A DNA stretch of 64,000 nt. It comes from Clostridia bacterium (lineage in GTDB: Bacteria; Bacillota; Clostridia; Oscillospirales; CAG-272). The stretch is from the NCBI GenBank assembly GCA_017503865.1, contig JAFVSI010000063.1:10393-74392 (forward strand), given 5' to 3'. A program made the translations under genes and the position numbers. A model generated the notes under the pieces. That model ran no database searches, was not told the origin of the DNA, and saw only the letters and a program-made list of their open reading frames with translations. How positions within the stretch are numbered: the stretch's first letter is position 1; each line of letters opens with the position of its first letter. Below are positions 30,501-36,867 of the stretch, piece by piece.

Positions 30501-31263
30501 TCAAGGAGAAGTGGCTGGGAATGTGGAGATTGAATCCACTGGAGAAACTTATATAGCAAGTGTTAAGGTCACAGATGTGACTGGTGCAATGACGTGGTAT
30601 TATTTTAGTAGCTCAACGGGTACAAACGACGAAAATAATGTTTATTACACGTTTGCCAAGTCAAACAATGTGGCTCAAGGCAATACCCTAAGTTGGAATG
30701 GACTAACTATCGATGCAACCAATGGAGCGTTTAGGATGCCCGAGGCATATAATAATAAGTTTGTTATTATGGAATCTGGTGCAAAGCTGATTGTACCCGC
30801 ACCCGCCGGAAGCACAGTTCTGATTACGATGTATTCGTCTTACAACATCGGCGGTTATGAGAATACTATTTTAAGAGCTTATTTAACTGGAGAATTGTTT
30901 GACAATATTCCAACGATTCTCTCTACAATCCTTGTACCCGTTAAAAAGGGTTCGAGCCTCGGTGGTATGTCTTATGAGGTCGAATATATGTATGATAAAG
31001 TGTATGCTTTGTCTATGGCGGAAGTTGGATTAAGCACTACAACAAATCCTTATAAATACGAGGGTAGTCAATATCCTATTTATACGGATAGCGCAAGTAG
31101 GATTAAACTTGCAGACAACGGTGCCGGTTCCGCCCACCGCTGGTGGCTTCGTTCGCCCGTTTATGACAGCGGGAGCAGCTTCTACAATGTGGGCTCGTCT
31201 GGCGACAGTTACGGCAGCGGTGCGTACACCAACTGTCGCGTCGCGTTCGGCTTCGCGCTATAA
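24586..31263 (+). CDS. giant receptor-binding tail protein; DGR target
   Basis: Domains by eye, N to C:
- BppU-type N-terminus (aa 1-115).
- Coiled coil.
- CotH-like region (VDVQGTSSAGYKKKNFKIKMK...IDNRAKNFF...MPLPYDMDTAIG).
- Leucine-rich repeats.
- 4 Listeria-Bacteroides/InlB-B-type repeats.
- C-terminal WWLRSP...VAFGFAL lectin-like tip carrying VR1. Confidence 0.9.
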   Translation: MKITQELSLDTSRENAYKVVHAKQYDEDSRFLKVTITTRGEEIDIPSGATVVFGVKRADLESHDFAGVVNTDGTVTVPLTNWMLQVAGKCVCDVSIIKDGEKFSTLNFSVFVEYAPTNETDITEDEKYDIFVNLIERVENVVDHIGELEQSALNSEASAAASARSAEDASQALLNAHEQIESAQELADKAETAAEDAQRYADQANEYCNEFADIMDQVVEATGDYESLDDRINDVSIDANDLGLEQDAETGFVYPTYRNVRSENGIPLAATGGGGGTSITYSITLRNLMEGRSFSVAENSPAVVNFSYVSIDEDGYDDGAGVGSIYIGGLKVATVNVPQGENELDISPYLSNGENSVKIKIENSDGMSKSVSYTITVIAISLSSTLLEEGKTEGFIVCHDDTLTVYYTPTGSGVKTIHFIMDGVEIGTSEVKSTGRSQTYIIERQAHGAHTLEIYAEMTISDVTVTSNKLHLEILWVATDSSEPIISFIANVDSATQGETINVPYMIYDPSTEVANLTLSVIDEDGDEYTSQQLSVDRGEHIWNVIDYPAGEIKLRFNVGGHTKNKEITVYENSVEIDHITDSLAFYFDPAGRNNNEENPEYWSNGVVAAQFSGVGFATADGWLSDDNGSPIFRLLPGGTITIPYEMFSSDKRTSGCSIEVEMTTHNVRDYDSIVMSCLSNGRGVKIASQYAQLKSEQSEIGMQFKEDERVRVSFVVEPKSLNRLIYVYVDGVMCGAIQYPEDDNFAQSPSLGITIGAESSGIDIYKVYFYDKGLTRLEVLNNYIADRSTLSDRLDAYRRNDIFNANEEVVINKLPTTLPYMVISCSELPQTKGDKKTCEITYVNPSDSSKNFTASGVEIDVQGTSSAGYKKKNFKIKMKNGLTYTSDGTVSENYKLRDDSIPVSVFCMKADVASSEGANNVELVRLYNDVCPYTTDAQASDNRVRVGIDGIPCVVFWQNPTSGVTRFWGKYNFNNEKSNHEVYGLTNGCESWEICNNTSDRVVFKKSDYETGWTDDFEARYPEDNLDYTRLKRMTDWVASTNREAVQTEEEKAELLAKFKNEFEDYFVKTPMLFYYIFTEVFLMIDNRAKNFFPTTYDGVHWMPLPYDMDTAIGINNEGALVFDYDLEDTDHIDGEDVYNGQDSVLWCNIRDAFSEEIAEMYASLRSGTLFNYEETVKRFSEHQKPWCEAIWNEDAYEKYLEPLINDNDGSYLTMLQGNKASQREWWLHNGFRYRDSKYQTGDASKEFITLRCYNVGDITVTPYSHIWSRIKYGSYTVTERGKRNVPVTLSCPLDKMTDTEVYIYSADRLADIGDLSHLQVGYANFSMASKLQKLKLGDNAIMYQNPKLTELYVGNNELLTEIDIRNCVNLAQAIDLSGCTSIEKVYAAGSGISAATLPVGGKVSTLELPATITNLTIRNQKSLSVLSVAGYSNLATLRIENTPNVPIETILNSASSLNRVRLIGVSWNATSEDALALNIERLKSCGGMDANGDNTSIAVVNGVVYIDAISDELLEEIHEVFPDLTVVVGGVITYLVRYLNYDGTVLFKDLVNEGGDVIDPVALGLIDPPIRVGTETLGYAYIGWNHLPTNIHSNVVVLAQYEEVPSYLVTYQNPDGEILYEYYVAEHTDAIDPVSAGKIETPTMDGTSDVKYTFSSWNAIPTNVQGEHTVVAQYITAYAVRFYNESELLYTDWVNEGNDAVDPVVSGAIDAPTKQPSPEYRYVYSGWGILPTNITGSINVTAQFSSQSQVYNVIFYDKSNLLNVLYSTTASYGGNCVYSGSDLLIPDGCVFIGWMDNYGNSYSTNSVLLNEDNCKISGGIPVDIQLYPIIEVPTPKLPTTQKTSFEDYTWLEIKALSNAIASGTTNEVTVTYDDVEKIYSIHETSTGITSTVALFDTKDLTMNDGTTITMQVSGFLHDEDESGNKVGISMDTKNLYSTITKQHYSGSHTFAHYKVNGVQVADNQATYTHTQGEVAGNVEIESTGETYIASVKVTDVTGAMTWYYFSSSTGTNDENNVYYTFAKSNNVAQGNTLSWNGLTIDATNGAFRMPEAYNNKFVIMESGAKLIVPAPAGSTVLITMYSSYNIGGYENTILRAYLTGELFDNIPTILSTILVPVKKGSSLGGMSYEVEYMYDKVYALSMAEVGLSTTTNPYKYEGSQYPIYTDSASRIKLADNGAGSAHRWWLRSPVYDSGSSFYNVGSSGDSYGSGAYTNCRVAFGFAL
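29185..30010 (+). repeat. four tandem ~71-73-aa coding repeats (B-repeat/Flg_new-like)
   Basis: Units start near 29185, 29404, 29621 and 29836. Each reads Y(L/A/N)V.(Y/F)....(G/E)..L......(E/Y)G.D..DPV.......P........Y.(F/Y).(G/S)W...PTN......V.AQ(Y/F). Confidence 0.7.
31121..31254 (+). repeat. DGR variable region VR1
   Basis: 134-nt alignment with TR1 (31826-31959) has 25 mismatches by hand count; 24 fall on TR adenines. Confidence 0.9.
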
Positions 31264-31284
31264 TCTAAAATCTAACTACTATGT

Positions 31285-31324
31285 GAGCAACTTGACCGCC
31301 GTGATTGGCGGTCAATAGTTGCTC
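31285..31324 (+). other. GC-rich hairpin downstream of VR1 (candidate DGR target-recognition cruciform)
   Basis: GAGCAACTTGACCGCC - GTGATT - GGCGGTCAA(TA)GTTGCTC. No T-run follows. No equivalent hairpin after TR1. Confidence 0.55.
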
Positions 31325-31364
31325 GACAGCAAAACTATAAAAAACAAAAAAAGAAGGTTATAAT

Positions 31365-31787
31365 ATGTCGGTTCTTAAAAGCAATAGAGGTCAATCAAAG
31401 ATGCAGTTTTTAGAGACCGCGAGAGAGTTGACCGAATTTACTAAGACACAATGTGTGAAACTCCCAAAGAGATATACATTCTTTGGTGTCCAGAGAACAT
31501 GGGAATGTGCTGACAATATTTTTGCCAACATTAAGCGGGGAAATAGCATTTATCCCACAAACCCTCATGAGGCACAAATGCGAAGAGATTATTTTTTGAT
31601 TGCTTTGGCAGATTTGCACGTTCTTGCCGCTTACATAGATGACATAAAGCGGCGTTTCCCAATTAAGGATACCGTGATAGGACAATGGGTGGAGATGGTA
31701 ACAACAGAACAAAAATTGTTGAAATCAATACTTGAAAAAGATAAAGAACGGTATTCGAAATTATGGTCAGAGCAAAATAATATTTGA
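31365..31787 (+). CDS. avd: DGR accessory variability determinant (Avd, four-helix-bundle family), copy 1
   Basis: 140 aa. MSVLKSNRG..MQFLETAREL...LPKRYTF....IxxxADNIFANIKRGNSI layout matches the Avd / 23S-IVS protein family. Sits between VR and TR. Confidence 0.8.
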   Translation: MSVLKSNRGQSKMQFLETARELTEFTKTQCVKLPKRYTFFGVQRTWECADNIFANIKRGNSIYPTNPHEAQMRRDYFLIALADLHVLAAYIDDIKRRFPIKDTVIGQWVEMVTTEQKLLKSILEKDKERYSKLWSEQNNI

Positions 31788-31811
31788 CTTATAATATATT
31801 TAGGTTATATT
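31784..31811 (+). promoter_or_regulatory. candidate promoter for the TR1-spacer-RT1 transcript
   Basis: TTGACT (31784-31789), 16-nt spacer, TATATT (31806-31811). This would start RNA ~8-15 nt before TR1. Confidence 0.35.
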
Positions 31812-31825
31812 CTATGAAATTAGTT

Positions 31826-31959
31826 GTGCCGGTTCCGCCAACAACTGGTGGCTCCGTTCGCCCAATTATAACAACGAGAACAACTTCTACAATGTGAACT
31901 CGTCTGGCAACAATAACAACAACAATGCGAACAACAACTATCGCGTCGCGTTCGGATTC
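31826..31959 (+). repeat. DGR template repeat TR1
   Basis: AAY-rich template (NNWWLRSPNYNNENNFYNVNSSGNNNNNNANNNYRVAFG in the VR frame). Non-coding position between avd and RT. Confidence 0.9.
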
Positions 31960-32213
31960 TGTAGCCAATATACTCAACAAATGCGTATTTTGTTAATCAG
32001 ACATAGTAACACAATCAATTGTGCGAAATCAGTATTATGCTACAGAAGGAGGATATGACCTTTCCGCAGAATAATGGCGGATAAACAATCATCTCGATGT
32101 AGGCGGTCGGACGCTTCTTGCATAGCTCACAGGAGTGTATACCGTGGGTTTTATGACCGTTCCTCTATGTAATTAGCTGTATACACAAATTTATTATACG
32201 AGGTGGCAAAGGA

Positions 32214-33362
32214 ATGACAAGTAAAGAAAGGCACGAGGTAAGATACCAACGGCGTGCCGCAAGACGAAGAGCAAAACGAGAACAGGTGTGTAGTTTGTAT
32301 GATAACTACGATAACGTTTTTACTATTTCTAATTTATATCAATCGTATTTGCAAAGCCGGAAAAACGTTGGATGGAAAGATAGCGTTCAGCAATATAAGG
32401 CTAATGCGATTGTAAATATTCATAATACATATAAAACCATGCAAGCTCGCCAATTTAAGTCAAAGGGCTTTTATGTCTTTGATTTGTTTGAGCGAGGCAA
32501 ATTGCGAACCATCAGAAGCGTTAGCTTCAAAGAGCGTGTTGTGCAAAGATGTTTGTGTGACTACGCATTAACCCCGATATTATCGCGAACATTCATATAC
32601 GATAATAGTGCAAGCTTAAAAGGGAAAGGAATAAATTTTGCAATCGAGAGAATGACTACGCATTTGCACAGGTTTTATCGTGCCTATGGTGCAAATGGTT
32701 ATATTTTGCAATATGATTTCTCCAAATATTTCGATACAATTTCTCATGATAAAGTTAAAGAGATTGTATATAAGCACATAAAAGATCCAGATTTAAGACA
32801 ACTTACTATGTCATTGGTGAATGATTTTGGCGACATCGGGCTCGGGCTTGGTAGCCAAGTTTCTCAAATATTATCGCTTGCCGTGGCAAACGACATCGAT
32901 CACGCAATGAAAGAAAAACACAGGGCAAGATTTTATGGTCGATATATGGATGACGGATATATCATATCCCACGATAAGCAGTTTTTAAAAGAGTGCTACA
33001 ACACATTAAAAAGTATGTGCGCAGAGGCAGGCATCACTTTAAATACAAAGAAAACGCACATAACCCCACTTTCTCATGGGTTTACATTTCTTAAAATTAA
33101 ATTCTCATTAACTGCCTCTGGTAAAGTTGTTAGAAGACTATCGCACGATAGTAGCGTTCGTATGCGAAGAAAACTTAAAAAATTACGTAAAAAAGTTAAT
33201 GACGGGAAAATGGAAGTTCGTGATGTCGCGTGTTCTATGCAGTCATGGGTAGGTCATACTCTTAATATCGATGCATATAGAACAAGACAAAGGATGTTGC
33301 GATTATTTTATTCGTTATATAAAGATGATTTGAAAGGAAATAAAATATGTATAAAATACTAA
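32214..33362 (+). CDS. DGR reverse transcriptase, copy 1
   Basis: Carries LGLGSQVSQ (DGR-specific [LIV]GxxxSQ), RYMDDG (YxDD) and a thumb-like basic C-terminus. Confidence 0.9.
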   Translation: MTSKERHEVRYQRRAARRRAKREQVCSLYDNYDNVFTISNLYQSYLQSRKNVGWKDSVQQYKANAIVNIHNTYKTMQARQFKSKGFYVFDLFERGKLRTIRSVSFKERVVQRCLCDYALTPILSRTFIYDNSASLKGKGINFAIERMTTHLHRFYRAYGANGYILQYDFSKYFDTISHDKVKEIVYKHIKDPDLRQLTMSLVNDFGDIGLGLGSQVSQILSLAVANDIDHAMKEKHRARFYGRYMDDGYIISHDKQFLKECYNTLKSMCAEAGITLNTKKTHITPLSHGFTFLKIKFSLTASGKVVRRLSHDSSVRMRRKLKKLRKKVNDGKMEVRDVACSMQSWVGHTLNIDAYRTRQRMLRLFYSLYKDDLKGNKICIKY

Positions 33363-34066
33363 TTGGCGATACAATCGCCGGAGTGATCGATGTTCCGGTT
33401 TTTGTTCGATATCAACTACGTAATAAAAAAGTAGTTGTGTGTTCAAAAGAACAAGCTCAAGGTATATTATCACCAGATGGAACCACTGTATTTCAGATGG
33501 AAGGGATGGATGTAATTCCGGGAACCAAATACGAAGTTGCGACAATCATACCCATCGCAGAAGATGAATATCAGACTCTTTTGAAAATATTTCAAGAGAA
33601 TGAAAGCATAACTCCCGAGGGAGATCGTATCGATGTGGTCGGTAAGGCAACTTTAAAACTTGTAAGAGATGCAAAAATTGCCCAAATGAGCGATATTTGC
33701 AGCAAAACGATTGTTGATGGAGTAGATGTAATATTTGCTGACGGCAAAACACATCATTTTGATCTTACTATAGAAGATCAGCTTAATCTTATTACGCTAA
33801 AAGAAATGATTTCTATGGGATGTAACGAAATACCGTACCATGAAAAGGGTGGGCTTTGTAAAATGTATTCAGCTTCTGATATTGCTACGCTGATTGATGT
33901 AGCATCAAAGCACAAAACATATCATCTCACTTATTTTAATTCGTTGAAAAATTACATTATGAATATCGGAGAAGTTACGGCAGTTGATAGTGTAAGATAT
34001 GGAATGAGCATACCCGAAGAATATTGTTCTGATATTCTTTTAGAAATGCTTAGAGGTGACGAATGA
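33347..34066 (+). CDS. hypothetical protein (C-terminal region possibly DUF4376-like)
   Basis: 239 aa, overlaps the RT1 stop by 16 nt. The DUF4376 resemblance (HHFDLTIEDQLNL...IPYH...) is recalled only weakly. Confidence 0.45.
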   Translation: MYKILIGDTIAGVIDVPVFVRYQLRNKKVVVCSKEQAQGILSPDGTTVFQMEGMDVIPGTKYEVATIIPIAEDEYQTLLKIFQENESITPEGDRIDVVGKATLKLVRDAKIAQMSDICSKTIVDGVDVIFADGKTHHFDLTIEDQLNLITLKEMISMGCNEIPYHEKGGLCKMYSASDIATLIDVASKHKTYHLTYFNSLKNYIMNIGEVTAVDSVRYGMSIPEEYCSDILLEMLRGDE

Positions 34067-34488
34067 AAAAATTCGTTAAACATGGAACTCTTTTCTCGAT
34101 ATTTGGTGTCTCATATGTTTTAATTGAGCTGATTTATCGTGGTTACTCTCACTGGAGTATGTTTGTTCTTGGAGGAATATGCGGTATTTGCATTGGTATG
34201 CTAAACGAGTGCATCCCATGGGAGATGCCACTATGGTTACAGGCTGGTATAGGCGCTGTAATCATCACGGTGCTTGAGTTTGTATGCGGGTGCATAGTTA
34301 ATCTGGCGCTCGGGTGGAATGTATGGGACTATAGCAACGCTCCACTCAATATTTTGGGGCAGGTATGTTTACCTTTTGCAATCATCTGGTTTGTGATAGC
34401 ACACTTCGGGATTGTCTTGGATGACTACTTGCGCTACTGGCTTTTCAAAGAAGAGAAGCCACGCTATACATACAAATTTAAACATTAA
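34063..34488 (+). CDS. four-TM membrane protein (resembles the PF06541 'putative ABC-transporter type IV' family)
   Basis: Four hydrophobic helices and a GWNVWDYS motif. ATGA overlap with the upstream gene. Confidence 0.55.
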   Translation: MKKFVKHGTLFSIFGVSYVLIELIYRGYSHWSMFVLGGICGICIGMLNECIPWEMPLWLQAGIGAVIITVLEFVCGCIVNLALGWNVWDYSNAPLNILGQVCLPFAIIWFVIAHFGIVLDDYLRYWLFKEEKPRYTYKFKH

Positions 34489-34499
34489 CAGGAGTAGAA

Positions 34500-34913
34500 A
34501 TGTCGGTACTTAAAAAGGACAGAGGCGAAAGCGCGGTTCAGTTCTTGGAAACTGCGCGGAATTTAGAAATATTCACCCTCAGAACTTGTGCCAAATTTCC
34601 AAAGCGTTATACATTTTTAATTACTGCTGAGATAGCTCAGCTATCCAGAAGCATTTACAACAATGTAAAGTCTGCGAATAGCATATTTCCTACAAATCAA
34701 TCAGAGGTACAAATGCGCCGCAACTTCTTTACGAAGGCAAACTGTGATCTTCAATGTTTGGTATCCCAACTGGACGTTGCCAAGGTTATGTTCGGAGAAG
34801 AGGTCAAGGTGGGAACTTGGTGCCAATGGATGGATTTGATAGAGGAAGAAGCAAAGCTAATTTCAGCTATCAAGAAAATAGATAAAGAACGCTATAAGGA
34901 CTTACCTCTTTAA
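34500..34913 (+). CDS. avd: DGR accessory variability determinant (Avd), copy 2
   Basis: Clear paralog of 31365-31787 (MSVLKKDRGESAVQFLETARNL...FPKRYTF...NSIFPTN..E.QMRR). Confidence 0.8.
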   Translation: MSVLKKDRGESAVQFLETARNLEIFTLRTCAKFPKRYTFLITAEIAQLSRSIYNNVKSANSIFPTNQSEVQMRRNFFTKANCDLQCLVSQLDVAKVMFGEEVKVGTWCQWMDLIEEEAKLISAIKKIDKERYKDLPL

Positions 34914-34954
34914 GCGTTCTTTTTATATGGGTTATAAGCCGTTTTGTCTTTGTT

Positions 34955-35060
34955 TTGCGTTCCCCTTACCGTGGTAACAGTAACTACTTCTGCTACGTGT
35001 ATGGCGGTGACTTCAATTACAACTACGCCAGCAATCACTACGCTGTCGCCTTCGGATCTT
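34955..35060 (+). repeat. putative DGR template repeat TR2 (boundaries approximate; no VR in window)
   Basis: Non-coding AAC/TAC-rich tract reading LRSPYRGNSNYFCYVYGGDFNYNYASNHYAVAFG. Shares the 3' GTCGC(G/C)TTCGGAT end with TR1 and has the same avd-TR-RT position. Confidence 0.6.
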
Positions 35061-35273
35061 GCACAAAATGCCCGACAAAGTAGCCTTTAAGGTGAAATCT
35101 GTGCGTGTGCAAAAGGGGCATATAACCCTTCCTTCGGGATAAAGAAATACGTTGATGTGGTCTATCGGACGCTTCTTGCATTGCTCGCGATTGTGGTAGC
35201 GAGTTTAATGATAGGTACCACTATGCAGTTATTCCCACAATATTTTACTGTACGGGGTATAAAGGAATTAAAA

Positions 35274-36434
35274 ATGAATAGTAAGGAAAGACACGAGTTG
35301 AGATATCAGCGGCGCAAACAAAAGCGCCTTGAAAATAAAAAGCGTTATCAGGATTGTTATGATTACGATAAGGTGTTTACGTTCGAGAACCTTTATCGTA
35401 GCTATGAGAAATGTTGCGCGGGCGTCAGTTGGAAGCCCAGCACACAACTCTATAAGGCGAATGCCTTGATGAATATAAATCGAACATATAAGAGCCTACG
35501 AGAAGAAAGCTATGTTCCGAGAAAGCTAAATGAATTTGACATCATTGAACGTGGGAAGCAACGTCACATACAAAGTCCTACAATGAACGATAGGATAGTG
35601 CAAAGATGCTTTTGCGATTATAGTTTGATGCCGATTATTTGCAGGACAATTATCTATGATAATACCGCCTGCGTCAAAGGACGCGGATTGAGTTTTACCA
35701 TAAAGAGAATGACTCGGCATTTAGAGAAGTATTACAGAGAGCAGGGAAGTAATGAGGGATACGCATTACTATTTGATTTCTCGCAGTATTTTAAGAACAT
35801 CAGACACGACGTGGCTCTATCAATACTTGATGAAAAGATACCAGACAAGCGGTTGGTTAGGCTTGCAGAACTTATCATAAAGCAATATGGCAATGAAGGG
35901 TTGGGGCTCGGTAGCCAAGTGTCGCAATGTTGTGCATTGGCGCTCCCGGACAAGCTCGATCACCTCATTAAAGAGAAGCTAAAGATAAAGTATTATTGTC
36001 GCTATATGGATGATGGTTGCATTATCCACCCCAACAAAGATTATTTGCGTTATTGTCTTCAAGAGATTAAATCCGTATGCAGTGAGCTTGGAATTATAAT
36101 CGACGAAAAGAAAACGCAAATTGTAAAGATAAAATCTGGCATCAAGTTCCTTAAAGCTCGCTTTATTCTGACGAAGAGTGGACGAGTCATAAGGAAGCCG
36201 TATGCCAAGAGCGCAACGAAAATGCGTAAGAAACTCAAAGCGTTAAAGCTGAAGCTTGATGCAGGGCTCGTAACCTTTGCTGACGTTTGGACACCGTTCC
36301 AATCGTGGCTTGGTTATCACAAACAATTTCACGGATACTGGGCAAGACGAAGAGTCTGCTCTTTATTCAATAATTTATTTTACACAGGAGGAAACACAAA
36401 TGGATTGGCAAACAGTTTTACTTTCGGTACTTAG
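35274..36434 (+). CDS. DGR reverse transcriptase, copy 2 (start trimmed to MNSKERHELRYQRR)
   Basis: Carries LGLGSQVSQ and RYMDDG. The N-terminus aligns with RT1 MTSKERHEVRYQRR. The track's extra 39 codons overlap the conserved spacer RNA. Confidence 0.9.
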   Translation: MNSKERHELRYQRRKQKRLENKKRYQDCYDYDKVFTFENLYRSYEKCCAGVSWKPSTQLYKANALMNINRTYKSLREESYVPRKLNEFDIIERGKQRHIQSPTMNDRIVQRCFCDYSLMPIICRTIIYDNTACVKGRGLSFTIKRMTRHLEKYYREQGSNEGYALLFDFSQYFKNIRHDVALSILDEKIPDKRLVRLAELIIKQYGNEGLGLGSQVSQCCALALPDKLDHLIKEKLKIKYYCRYMDDGCIIHPNKDYLRYCLQEIKSVCSELGIIIDEKKTQIVKIKSGIKFLKARFILTKSGRVIRKPYAKSATKMRKKLKALKLKLDAGLVTFADVWTPFQSWLGYHKQFHGYWARRRVCSLFNNLFYTGGNTNGLANSFTFGT

Positions 36435-36795
36435 TATCGTATTGACCGCGTTGGTAACGTGGGCATCGGAGAGATTGATTTCTTATCTCAACACAAAGAT
36501 CACTAACACCAAGTACGCCAACTATCTCACGGACGCGGTGGAAATCGTTACCCGCGCAGTGAAGTCTACATATCAGACATATGTAGAAGCGTTGAAGGAC
36601 AAGAATATGTTTACTGAGGAAGCTCAGAAAGAAGCCTTGACTCGCGCAACAAACTTGGCAATGTCACAGCTATCGCAGGAACTCCAAACATTCATTACGA
36701 CCAATTTTGGCGACCTCGAAGGATGGATTCAGAATGCGATTGAGTCGAGCTTGTACGATCTGAAGAACAAACCGACGAGCGATAAAGCCAACTAA
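36400..36795 (+). CDS. holin, LL-H-like family (start trimmed to MDWQTVLL)
   Basis: AGGAGGAAACACAA RBS before the ATG at 36400. N-terminal TM helix, then a long helical domain ending ..IQNAIESSLYDL, as in LL-H-type holins. Confidence 0.55.
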   Translation: MDWQTVLLSVLSIVLTALVTWASERLISYLNTKITNTKYANYLTDAVEIVTRAVKSTYQTYVEALKDKNMFTEEAQKEALTRATNLAMSQLSQELQTFITTNFGDLEGWIQNAIESSLYDLKNKPTSDKAN

Positions 36796-36821
36796 AAATC
36801 GCGCCTGAGCGCGCGGGAAAT

Positions 36822-36866
36822 AAAAAAGCGACCTATGGAATTAACCATAAGTCGCTTATTTTTTTG
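36822..36866. terminator. bidirectional terminator between convergent holin and integrase genes
   Basis: A-run, AGCGACCTATGG / CCATAAGTCGCT stem (one mismatch), then a T7 run. Confidence 0.7.
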
Positions 36867-36867
36867 A

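Larger units (their letters stand above)
31121..33362 (+). mobile_element. diversity-generating retroelement 1 (VR1-avd-TR1-RT1)
   Basis: All canonical parts are present and intact; see the component features. Confidence 0.9.
34500..36434 (+). mobile_element. diversity-generating retroelement 2 (avd-TR2-RT2), cognate VR not in window
   Basis: Intact avd and RT paralogs plus a TR-like tract. No second LRSP...FG C-terminus appears among the window ORFs. Confidence 0.7.

Noticed and set aside
31789-31980. 63-aa minus-strand ORF covering TR1.
   Set aside because: It is the reverse complement of the AAY-rich template repeat (giving V/I-rich nonsense). The region is explained as the non-coding DGR template.
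35157-35273. 39-codon hydrophobic N-terminal extension of RT2, which would make a 'membrane-anchored RT'.
   Set aside because: RT1 aligns from MTSKERHE to RT2 MNSKERHE at 35274. The extension overlaps the spacer block conserved with DGR-1 and has no RBS.
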